From the NCBI GenBank assembly GCA_965219205.1, contig CBDCMQ010000005.1:68338-132337 (forward strand): a stretch of DNA of 64,000 nucleotides, in the 5' to 3' direction. Position 1 is the first letter of the stretch. Each line of letters starts with the position of its first letter. This document shows, one piece after another, positions 1 through 7,922 of this stretch. The translations under genes were made by a program, and so were the position numbers. The notes beneath the pieces were generated by a model. It did no database searches. It saw only the letters and a list, made by a program, of their open reading frames with translations, and was not told the DNA's origin. This DNA comes from Dehalococcoidia bacterium. GTDB taxonomy: Bacteria; Chloroflexota; Dehalococcoidia; DSTF01; WHTK01.

Positions 1-21
1 TTCTTGGGTTTGGAGTTGAGG

Positions 22-48
22 GAGACGGATTCTCCCCCGTCTCCACCA
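22..48 (+). repeat. tRNA/tmRNA 3'-end-like att-type direct repeat, copy 1 (gagacggattctcccccgtctccACCA)
   Basis: Matches 5446..5472 at 23 of 27 positions, with a perfect 17-nt core gattctcccccgtctcc (28..44). It ends in CGTCTCC-A-CCA, an acceptor-3'-strand plus CCA arrangement. GGAGACG (21..27) is complementary to CGTCTCC (38..44). The window starts here, so any full RNA gene would lie upstream. Confidence 0.6.
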
Positions 49-191
49 GAGATATCCACCCTTCTGAATCTGAGAGTAATGATTCGAGGGGCATTTTCTT
101 GTGTTGGACAGCCTGAGTGAAAGCCTGACGCCCTGAATCGGGCCAGCCGGGCCTCGCAATGACACACAAGGCCACATTCCGTGCGGTGACT

Positions 192-359
192 CTAGGGCCC
201 GCCAAGCAACCGATCCATCGCAGTAGCAGCTTGTTCCTGCATATGTGGGAGAAGGTGGCTGTACGTTCTTAGTGTTGTGGTTGTTCCCGTCCGTTGATGA
301 TCACGTTGCTCCGTAGACAAGCGTAAACTATCTGCACATCTCGCCGCAGCTAGATCCAC
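192..359 (-). pseudogene. tyrosine recombinase (phage-type integrase) C-terminal remnant
   Basis: The 55-codon frame reads VDLAAARCADSLRLSTEQRDHQRTGTTTTLRTYSHLLPHMQEQAATAMDRLLGGP*. The tail TL.TYSH..P.MQ..AA..MD.LL is the catalytic-Tyr box typical of phage integrases. An in-frame TAA at 360..362 closes the frame upstream, so most of the protein is missing. Confidence 0.65.
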
Positions 360-378
360 TTAGGCGTGAGGAGGAGCC

Positions 379-1230
379 GTGCGTACAGATCTCGTCGAAG
401 TTACAACAACAGACGGGCTTGGTTTGTCGGGCGCATTTTTCGCTCCAGACAGGACGACCTCAGATTCAATTGATGCATTCGTCTTTTTCCACGGTGATGG
501 TGGTCATTTTTATCGGTCGCTCTATCTTGGGATGGGTCAACACTTCTCCGAACGTGGCGTCGCGTTTATCGCTGCGAATCGACGTGGACATGATATGGTC
601 GCCGGCGGTTCGCCTGGCGGTCGTCTGCAGGGCTATGCGTTTGAATCTGTCTCCGAATCCCCTTTGGACTATGAGGCCTGGCTGGACTTTCTGCGCAGCA
701 AGGGCTACACCAAGATTGCGATCGGTGGTCACAGTGGTGGTGCGGTCCGCGCCATTTACACCCAGGCCACAGACCCGCGTCCAGATATCGTCGCGGTCGT
801 CTCAGTTTCCCCAGGTGAATACGACCATCAAGGGATCGTCGCCCTCCATCATGAAGCATTTACTGGACCGTATGAGCAGGCAAGGCGAGATGTCGAGGCG
901 GGTTCTCCCGATACTTTCCTTCGACCAGGTGTTCCCTGGGGATCAATGTGGACGGCGCAAGCGTATACCGAGTGCTTCCATCCGGACAACCGGTATAGCG
1001 TCAGTCGCCATGCCGCAAACACTAACTGCCCAACTCTCTTTGTGTTTGGATCTGAAGAATGCGCAGGGCCGCAGATTCTTCCCGTTTGCGGCGCGGCACG
1101 AAAGGCACTCACCAAGGCAGGATATCCTCATGTGCGCGTCGAAACGGTCGAGGGGGCGAATCACGGGTATAACGACCGGGAGATGCGGTTGTATACGGTC
1201 ATCTCTGAGTGGATAGATAAAATCACGTAG
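379..1230 (+). CDS. alpha/beta hydrolase fold protein
   Basis: 283-aa ORF with nucleophile elbow GHSGG (IAIGGHSGGA). GTG start preceded by gaggaggag. Confidence 0.8.
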   Translation: MRTDLVEVTTTDGLGLSGAFFAPDRTTSDSIDAFVFFHGDGGHFYRSLYLGMGQHFSERGVAFIAANRRGHDMVAGGSPGGRLQGYAFESVSESPLDYEAWLDFLRSKGYTKIAIGGHSGGAVRAIYTQATDPRPDIVAVVSVSPGEYDHQGIVALHHEAFTGPYEQARRDVEAGSPDTFLRPGVPWGSMWTAQAYTECFHPDNRYSVSRHAANTNCPTLFVFGSEECAGPQILPVCGAARKALTKAGYPHVRVETVEGANHGYNDREMRLYTVISEWIDKIT

Positions 1231-1479
1231 ATCCGGGAAGGGTTAGAACGACACCCTGTGTGTCGCTCCAGTAGTACACCCGAGTGACAGTTAGTCCTCG
1301 AATTCGTATCTGGGCATGGTCCGAAAGCAGACATTTGCTCGCATTGGGGTTGTCGGGTAGAAGACGCCAATCCCGAGGTCAACGAGAGAGTAGATTAGCT
1401 GGCGGCCATTCGCGGACGCGGGCGTGACGACCGTCAAGACCAAAGACTTCACTTATCTTCGCCACCGTTTTTAAATCCT

Positions 1480-1508
1480 TTGACAACGTTGGTGCTCCGG
1501 CCCATGAT
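1480..1508 (+). promoter_or_regulatory. candidate sigma70-type promoter for the Rieske oxygenase gene
   Basis: TTGACA (1480..1485), a 17-nt spacer, then CATGAT (1503..1508), about 40 nt upstream of the ATG at 1548. Sequence match only. Confidence 0.3.
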
Positions 1509-1547
1509 AGGCCTCAAATAGGAGCCGGTTAATTTCGAGGAGATCAC

Positions 1548-2936
1548 ATGGTTAGCATCGAAAAGCACAATTCAGCCAAGTCGCTGGTCGATATGTCAAC
1601 AGGGGTGATCGATCGTGAAGTTTTCGTCAGCGATGAACTGTACCGGCTCGAACTCGAGCGCGTCTTCGCAAGAACCTGGCTCTTCGTAGGCCATGAGTCG
1701 CAGATCCCCAACCCTAACGATTACTTCGTGTCTCGAATGGGGGAAGAGTCTGTCATCCTTACGCGCGACCGCCAGGGGGAGATCCACGTTTTGCTGAACA
1801 CCTGCATGCATCGAGGCATGAAGGTCTGCCGCTACGACGAAGGCAACACGCCGGTCTTCAGCTGCCCGTACCACGGCTGGAGTTACTCGACGGATGGCAA
1901 TCTGGTCAGCGTCCCGGGCGAGCTTATCGGTGTACCGCAATTTGCCACGGCCTACCACGGGGAGCTGAAAAAAGAAGAATGGGGGATGATATCTGTCCCC
2001 AAGATGGCGGTCTATAAAGGGACCATCTGGGCATGCTGGGACGAGGAGGCGCCGGAATTCGTCGATTATCTTGGCGGAATGAAGGTGTTCTTTGACCAGA
2101 TCCTCGAGACGTCAGACGGAAATGATCAGGCGTTGGCTTTTGATGGCGTCCAGAAGTGGTTGATGCCCTGCAACTGGAAGTTTGCCGCGGAGAATTTCAT
2201 CGGTGACTTCTACCACGGCATCTCCCACGGGTCGGCGCCGCACCGCCGGCTTGGAGGGCGGCAGGCCGCGAATCCCGGCACCGGCGGCTCAACCGTCTTT
2301 TACGCGTTTCCCGAGGGCCACGGCACTCGCGGATACGCTCCCGAATATTGGGACGAAGAACTTGCCAGGGACCAGAGTACAACGAGGACGACACGCTTGC
2401 GCTCGGCGCAGTACGTCGAGACGGACGCCGAAAGATTACGGCAGTACATCGAGAGCAGCGCCGAGACGCGAGCGAACCGCGCCAAAGGCCGTGGCACCGG
2501 TACGAGTGTCTCTACAATTTTCCCGACCATGTCCACGCTGGACAGCATGGAGTCTGGCGGAGGTCTCACCATTGCCGTCTGGCACCCAGCAGGACCGAGG
2601 CTGACCGAAGCCTGGCGCTGGTATTTTGTCGATAAGAACGCGCCGCCTAACGTCCGGGATTTCTTACGACACCATCGACTTACCTGGTCTGGACCATCAG
2701 GCATGGTGGAAGAAGACGATATGGAGAACTGGAACTACGCTTCTGAGGCTAGCATGGGAACCATCGCAAAACGGTACCCGTACCACTATGCGCAAGGCCT
2801 CAAGCACGAAACAACAAATGAGGCAGTGCCTGGTGCTCTGCTGAGTGACACAGTCAGCAGTGAGCAAAACCAGCGCCATTTGTACAAGCGCTGGGCCGAA
2901 CTCATGGATGCCGAAAGCTGGAATGATCTCAAGTAA
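1548..2936 (+). CDS. Rieske [2Fe-2S] aromatic-ring-hydroxylating oxygenase, alpha subunit (divergent paralog 1)
   Basis: Rieske motif CMHRGMKVC...CPYHGW. Mononuclear-iron motif DFYHGISH. SD gaggag before the ATG. Confidence 0.9.
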   Translation: MVSIEKHNSAKSLVDMSTGVIDREVFVSDELYRLELERVFARTWLFVGHESQIPNPNDYFVSRMGEESVILTRDRQGEIHVLLNTCMHRGMKVCRYDEGNTPVFSCPYHGWSYSTDGNLVSVPGELIGVPQFATAYHGELKKEEWGMISVPKMAVYKGTIWACWDEEAPEFVDYLGGMKVFFDQILETSDGNDQALAFDGVQKWLMPCNWKFAAENFIGDFYHGISHGSAPHRRLGGRQAANPGTGGSTVFYAFPEGHGTRGYAPEYWDEELARDQSTTRTTRLRSAQYVETDAERLRQYIESSAETRANRAKGRGTGTSVSTIFPTMSTLDSMESGGGLTIAVWHPAGPRLTEAWRWYFVDKNAPPNVRDFLRHHRLTWSGPSGMVEEDDMENWNYASEASMGTIAKRYPYHYAQGLKHETTNEAVPGALLSDTVSSEQNQRHLYKRWAELMDAESWNDLK

Positions 2937-2942
2937 CCCGCC

Positions 2943-3155
2943 ATGACAAACCAATCCTCCAGCTACGAGTATGTTGACTTTTTCGAGGTTCAGGTTGGCG
3001 ACCGCTTACGAGTGGGCGAGGCCTTGATCGAGGTAGTCGATAACCCAATGGACGGCATATGGGTTCGCGGCAGGTTCTTGAAGGTCCCCAGCGACCCGAG
3101 CCTGGAAAATACGGAAGACCAGATTTTTCGCTTGGACGTGACGTCTCGAGCCTAG
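2943..3155 (+). CDS. small acidic hypothetical protein (70 aa) immediately downstream of the oxygenase alpha gene
   Basis: The ATG lies 6 nt after the alpha-subunit TAA. The translation MTNQSSSYEYVDFFEVQVGDRLRVGEALIEVVDNPMDGIWVRGRF... looks protein-like. No family recognised. Confidence 0.45.
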   Translation: MTNQSSSYEYVDFFEVQVGDRLRVGEALIEVVDNPMDGIWVRGRFLKVPSDPSLENTEDQIFRLDVTSRA

Positions 3156-3169
3156 CCATCCGACATACC

Positions 3170-3388
3170 AAGCTGGTTATCTCTACGCACGGGCGCTCGG
3201 GCATCTCCCGCGGGCGTCACGGCAGCGTCCCCGCAAGTCCGCCGGTGGGCTCCGCTTCAATTGGGGGCGGGACGATTAACGCCCATCCAGTGCTCAACGG
3301 GAGTTCAGCCAGCCCTGGACCATCTAGAGGGACGAGGATTCGGTTGAAGGCAGTGATGGCCGTCGCCTCTCGCCATGCTCCCTGTTCC
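3170..3388 (+). pseudogene. possible universal-stress-protein (UspA-family) C-terminal relic
   Basis: The frame of ORF 3059..3454 reads KLVISTHGRSGISRGRHGSV...AVASRHAPCS. This resembles the USP C-terminus (..G.HGRSG..R...GSV....V.RHA.CPV), but with about 42 extra residues (3230..3355) between GSV and RHAPC. No N-terminal half is present. Confidence 0.3.
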
Positions 3389-3677
3389 ACTCAGACTTCC
3401 CACGGTTTTGCCATGCCGTTTCTGTCAGTGGTCTCCAGCCATAATATAATATAGAATATACGTGCTAAGCCGAAAAGCCACCCGACCTAATCACGCTGGG
3501 CCAATTGCGTCTAGGAGCGACCCCTCGGCACCCTTACCAAGCGCCAAGTGCGACCGCCTCTTGGCCATCACTGCGGTTCCGGTCATGTCGTCCGATCACC
3601 TCCAGTGCATCGGCGCTACATGTGTTGGTCCCGTGTACCTGGTCAAATAGTGTTGTGGGGATTAGGCTCTTGCGGCC

Positions 3678-5099
3678 TCACTTCTTCTTCGGGATCGTCC
3701 GGGTCCCCAGGTACACGGCCCAAACTTCTCCGTTCGTGTCCCGCAAGAAGCGGAGCGGGCCTGTTCCCGGTATCAGGAACCTGTCCCGTCCAACCGGTAG
3801 GAGAGTCACAGTGGCTTCATCACGTGTCATCCGCAGACTGCCTTCCGCGACCGAGAGCTCCGGTGCCTGGCGTTCTGCCCAGAACACGCCCGTGTACTCC
3901 GCCAACTCCGACGCCTCCATCTCATACTCAGAGAACTCGACCCTCGGCGTCCCAAATGGAAGCCCGAGGACGGCGTTGAGAGCGCCGGTCATTATGCGCG
4001 GCGCCGGCGCAGCCGCCAGGTTCGTCAACGCCACAGCGGTGAAGCCTCTTTCTCTGACCAATGCCATGTCCGCCGCGATCCCCTTGTTGCCACCTCCGTG
4101 CCCGATCAGATCGACGCCGTGGTAGTCCTTGAGCACCTGGAAGCCGTAGCCGAAAGCGGCATCGAGCGGCGTCGCCATCTGGGGGCTGGTCATCATCTCG
4201 ACCGCCTCAGGCGACGCGACGCGAACACCCTTTACCGTGCCTTTATTCCGGTAGACCTCGAGGTAGCGCAAAAGGTCGCCGGTATTGGATGCCAGGCCGC
4301 CGTTGCCGACGATCTCGCCGATGTCGTGCCAGGCTGGTGACTGGAACACGCCGGCGGCCCCGCGCGCGAAGAGGCTGGTGGTGTTCTCGTGTTTCGCGAC
4401 CATCTCCGCCTGGGTTCCCGTGTGCTCCATCCCCAGCGGCTGCCAGATGTTCTCGCGAAGATACGGCACCATTGGCTTGCCGCTCACCCGTTCGACGACG
4501 CCCTGGAGTAGAGCGAAGCTCTCATTGGAGTAGGAGTGGTGGCTCTCCGGCGTCCCCAGCATCTCAAAGTACGCCTCGGCAATAAGCGCAAGTAGCCCGT
4601 TGTAGTCGGTGATGTCCTTCGCCGCGTACTCAGGTGTGAAGAAGGCCGACGGCAGCTGCTGGCCGTGAAGTTTCTTGATGTCCGGGTCGCGACGCATGCT
4701 CGGCCCACGGGCATGCACCAATAGCGGTTCCTCGGGCAGTCCGCTGGAATGAGACATCAGGTGGTGGAGGGTGATCGGCGCCTCCGATTTCGGTCGCGGC
4801 ACCCGGAACTCCGGCAGGAATTTGACCACCGGGTCGTTGACTGACAGGTTGCCGGCGTCCGCCAGCTGCATGATCGAAAGCGTTGTGAACGACTTCGTCA
4901 GCGAGCCGATGCCGAAGATAGTCTCCGGTGTTACCGGCAATCCTCGCTCCCGGTCGCGGAGTCCGTAACCACCCTCGTAGACAGTCTCACCATCGAGTGC
5001 GACCGCGACCGCGAGCCCCGGCGTCTCGCTCTCGGCCATCACCTGGCGATTAAACGCTTGGAATTCGGGAACCCATGCCGGCTGATTCATTACTGACAC
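3678..5099 (-). CDS. serine hydrolase, beta-lactamase/esterase (class C-like, PBP-related) family
   Basis: 473 aa with SxxK motif (GSLTKSF) and YxN motif (YSN). Confidence 0.85.
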   Translation of the reverse strand: MSVMNQPAWVPEFQAFNRQVMAESETPGLAVAVALDGETVYEGGYGLRDRERGLPVTPETIFGIGSLTKSFTTLSIMQLADAGNLSVNDPVVKFLPEFRVPRPKSEAPITLHHLMSHSSGLPEEPLLVHARGPSMRRDPDIKKLHGQQLPSAFFTPEYAAKDITDYNGLLALIAEAYFEMLGTPESHHSYSNESFALLQGVVERVSGKPMVPYLRENIWQPLGMEHTGTQAEMVAKHENTTSLFARGAAGVFQSPAWHDIGEIVGNGGLASNTGDLLRYLEVYRNKGTVKGVRVASPEAVEMMTSPQMATPLDAAFGYGFQVLKDYHGVDLIGHGGGNKGIAADMALVRERGFTAVALTNLAAAPAPRIMTGALNAVLGLPFGTPRVEFSEYEMEASELAEYTGVFWAERQAPELSVAEGSLRMTRDEATVTLLPVGRDRFLIPGTGPLRFLRDTNGEVWAVYLGTRTIPKKK

Positions 5100-5148
5100 A
5101 GTGCCGTGATCATGCTGCGGGTGATAAAGGCTGTCAATGCGACCAATT

Positions 5149-5178
5149 GCCTGACACTATGTCCTCATAGTGTCAGGC
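5149..5178. promoter_or_regulatory. perfect 12-bp inverted repeat (candidate operator or 5'-UTR hairpin) upstream of the serine hydrolase gene
   Basis: gcctgacactat (5149..5160), a 6-nt spacer, then atagtgtcaggc (5167..5178). Lies 50-80 nt upstream of the minus-strand start at 5099. Confidence 0.4.
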
Positions 5179-5436
5179 GCGAACACACCGCCATACTTAG
5201 CTACCCGTAGGGCCCGCCAGACGTAACGGACGGGTCCCATATAGGACATACACACATATGTATACCGCCGTACCACCCTCAGAAAACGGACCTACCCGGC
5301 ACCCCTCCACTAATCAAACTGGCTCAGCCTTTGACAGCCAGTTTGACAGCCTGCCCGAGCTACGGTCAGCATCTGCTTGCGACGGCCAAGAGCGTTTTTG
5401 AATCTACAGACTACCTCCACCTATCTCTGGCAACAC

Positions 5437-5481
5437 GGCGGTGACGAGTTCGATTCTCCCCCGTCTCCGCCAACTTTTTAT
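5437..5481 (+). terminator. tRNA-like hairpin followed by a T-run (possible intrinsic terminator of an unannotated plus-strand transcript)
   Basis: GGCGG-T-GACG (5437..5446) pairs with CGTC-T-CCGCC (5462..5471). The loop contains GTTCGATTC. It is followed by aaCTTTTTat. No plus-strand CDS ends here. Confidence 0.35.
5446..5472 (+). repeat. tRNA/tmRNA 3'-end-like att-type direct repeat, copy 2 (gagttcgattctcccccgtctccGCCA)
   Basis: Matches 22..48 at 23 of 27 positions. Carries a canonical T-loop-like GTTCGATTC, but the flanking T-stem does not pair. No tRNA body lies upstream. Confidence 0.6.
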
Positions 5482-5648
5482 GGCACTTTTGAACCCGCTG
5501 CGAATCGGTCGTTTTCGCAAAAGGCAAAAGGCGTATGGCCCTCGCCATGCATGATCTGCGTTGTGTACCTCATCCGAATCGCGGCGCGCAAGCAGCTAGC
5601 ATGCCGCGCTAGGTGGATCTGCGATGTTATGGCGTTAGTGAAGTCAGG

Positions 5649-7446
5649 CTAGGCGGCGCTGGCGAAGGTGTCTGTCTGCTTAATCTGAAACTGATACCAG
5701 CAGTTGAAGACGAACCATTGCCAGGCTTCGGCAATGGCTCGTTTTCTCCCTTGCCGGATGTTCTTATCTAACCAGCGAAGGTAGCTCTGCGTCACAATTC
5801 TATCATCAGCGAGTAGATTCAGGCTCGGCACCAGCATTCGGTTCAGCCAGCCAGGAATTGGCGCGCTCGGGAAGGCTTCGTGTTCCCGCTGATTGAAGTC
5901 GATCTGGAGGACATCACGGTAAGACTCTTTGAGCAGCGCTTTATCAAAGGCTTTCGAGTCGATTCCTTTGAACTTTGCTGGCACAGACACGGCAAACGAT
6001 GCTAATCGCGCATCCAGGTACGGCGCCCTCTCATCGAGCCCCAGTAAGGGTGGCATGTACCAGTAAGGGTGGCATGTATTGGTAGAAGAGACAGTTGCGT
6101 GATGCTGACCTGAGAACGATTCTGCCTAACGCTGGCCCCTGAACCTGGTCGAGCTCTTCTAATAGTTCGCGGTTTGCCAGTAGCGCTTCATCTAGAAGGG
6201 TCGTTTCGGGTGGGTGGACGAGGGCACGATTCATGCGCTCCCCCTTGAAGTACCTCCCTTTAAGTCTGGCGGACAACGCTTCGTCCAGAGACTCGAAGGT
6301 TATGCTCTCCTGCCCCCTTTGACGAAAAGCGAAAAGCTCTCCAGCTGCCCCGCCATTTATCACTGAGTCCAATCCACCTGCCAGCGCAGCCGTTGCCAAG
6401 AAGTACTCGCTAACGATGCGACCGGCCGAATCGAACGGCTCGTCAATTCGACGGAGTAAGGTGGACAGCAGCTCCGACGTTACTTCGGCCTCCGGGTCCA
6501 CCAAGATGGTTTGCTGCTGCGTCCCCGTAGCTCTCGCAACGCGTTCCGCCCAGGCGATTTCAGACTCACTGCTAGTTCTTCTATAAGCCAGCGTGAAGGC
6601 TTGTGCGTCGACGTGCCCGCTCTCCTTCAACGCGGACAACATCACCGATGAATCGACCCCGCCGCTGAGATACACACCGACCCTTTCAGCATCACCGACG
6701 GTTCGCCGGACCGCCTGCACCAATTCGTCTCGGGTCCGCTGAAGCCAGTAGTCGAAATCCTCCGGTCCGGTCTCTAACGTCGGGGACCAAAAGCGCTTGG
6801 TCTTCGCCCCAGTGAGAGCGAAAGAAATGCATTCGGCGGGTCGAAGCTTGCGAACACCCTTCGCCAGAGTGAACGGCGCAGCCGGATAGCCGTGGGAGAG
6901 GTAGACAGGCAAGACTGTTTCATCGAGCTGCCGGAGAACTGATGGGTGGGAGAGGATAGCCTTAAGCTCAGTCGAGAAAACTAGCAGCTTCCGCTTAGCA
7001 TCGTGATAGTAATAAACCAGCTTGTGGCCCATGGGGTCAGTGCTGATATGTAGGGTCTTTCGCCGCCGATCCCAGAGGAACAGGCTAAAGACGCCGTCCA
7101 TGGCTTCAGGGAAGGCCGTAGTGTTCTCTTCGAAGTGCGCCACGACGGAGCCCGCATGCGGGCTCTTCATGGAAGACGAGCGGCCCTGCGAATGAGTGGC
7201 TGCATCGTACATGTCGCCATCTACAGCCGCCACAACGTTCTCATCCTCGTGCCAGGAGGGAACATCCTTGCGATGGCCGAAGGTCGCAGTATGGCAGTAG
7301 GCGAGAGCAACGCCGTCGGCCGGATCCACGAAGGTCTTTTGGCCGTCTCGCGCCCGGTGCCGCGTCACGTCCAGCATCGCCTCCAGAGCTTCCGCCGAGG
7401 CCAACTGAGGATGGCCCCTGCTCAGAATCCCGCAGATCAGGCTCAA
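5649..7446 (-). pseudogene. asparagine synthetase (glutamine-hydrolysing, AsnB-like), interrupted by a 19-bp tandem duplication
   Basis: N-terminal ..CGIL Ntn-amidotransferase start and PP-loop motif SGGVDSS. The ORFs 6031..7446 and 5649..6056 overlap. Deleting one 19-nt copy gives a single 593-codon frame (YQYMPPLLGLDERAPYLD...). Confidence 0.8.
6049..6086. repeat. perfect 19-bp tandem duplication (2 x ccagtaagggtggcatgta)
   Basis: Read directly: 6049..6067 is identical to 6068..6086. The length is not a multiple of 3. Confidence 0.95.
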
Positions 7447-7702
7447 GGTCCCTCCCTCTGGATGATGACAAGTCAGCCCGAAACAGACTGCAGGAAGTCC
7501 GACCCTATTGCTTCGGCAGGTGAATCATCGCTCAGGCCGGAGCGCTTGTCGAAATTCGCGGCTCAGAGAGAGTCCATCTTCTAGTCGTACAGCCCCTCTC
7601 TCGGTCCTCCGCCGCTTTTGGGGCGGCTTCGGCCTATAGTGGTAACCGTTCGATGCGTAATGGACGCTTTTTTGAGATAGCTTGAAAGGTGATGAACCGC
7701 CA

Positions 7703-7906
7703 ATGCCTGAAGAACCGACCTCAGAGGAAATGACTTTGGATACGCTGCGCGGGCTTGCGAACCGGACTGGGCTTGAGATCCCCGACGATGAATTGGCTGA
7801 CATGATGCCGGGAGTGTTGCGCAACCTAGCGATGGCGAAGGCGGTTCGAAAATGGGCTGATGCCGGCGTCGAACCATCGACTGCCTCGCTGGCGCCGCGC
7901 TCTTAG
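7703..7906 (+). CDS. GatC/AtzG-like small subunit (67 aa)
   Basis: MPEEPTSEEMTLDTLRGLANRTGLEIPDDELADMMPGVLRNLAMAKAVRKWADAGVEPS.. follows the GatC pattern (A.la.L.l.deE......l..il.....l......gVEP). SD aaaggtga upstream. The stop lies 16 nt before the amidase ATG. Confidence 0.55.
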   Translation: MPEEPTSEEMTLDTLRGLANRTGLEIPDDELADMMPGVLRNLAMAKAVRKWADAGVEPSTASLAPRS

Positions 7907-7922
7907 GGTCCGGGGGTTAATC

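Larger units (their letters stand above)
22..5472 (+). mobile_element. putative decayed integrative island (att-like direct repeats plus integrase stump); boundaries provisional
   Basis: Direct repeats at 22..48 and 5446..5472. A tyrosine-recombinase C-terminal remnant (192..359, minus strand) reads toward the left repeat. The cargo is catabolic genes. No intact recombinase is present. Confidence 0.4.

Noticed and set aside
419-1216. Long alternative-frame and antisense ORFs overlapping well-supported genes, for example 419..1216, 14839..15522, 16520..17326, 23391..24485, 27356..28087, 10697..11419 and 49120..49869.
   Set aside because: They overlap genes with clear family motifs. Their translations are Arg/Pro/Ala/Gly-rich and low in complexity, with no recognisable motifs. 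Such stop-free shadow frames are expected in high-GC DNA.
3491-3586. A 31-aa minus-strand ORF (MTGTAVMAKRRSHLALGKGAEGSLLDAIGPA) with a strong ggaggtga SD.
   Set aside because: It is very short, has no recognisable motif, and lies in a region that looks like rearrangement debris. There is not enough evidence to call it a gene. It is worth a look only if transcript or peptide data exist.
5100-5472. A complete tmRNA (ssrA) or tRNA gene ending at the CCA-like terminus at 5472.
   Set aside because: No 5' strand complementary to the acceptor (GGCGGAG or GGGGACG) lies at a suitable distance. No tag-peptide reading frame (..ALAA-stop type) is present. The T-stem does not pair. Only the last ~30 nt look tRNA-like, so I treat it as an att-type remnant.
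7860-7922. A longer amidase start at 7860, as given in the ORF track.
   Set aside because: It would overlap the GatC-like ORF by 47 nt and add an Arg-rich, non-homologous leader. The ATG at 7923 gives a GatA-like N-terminus and sits 16 nt after the small ORF's stop.
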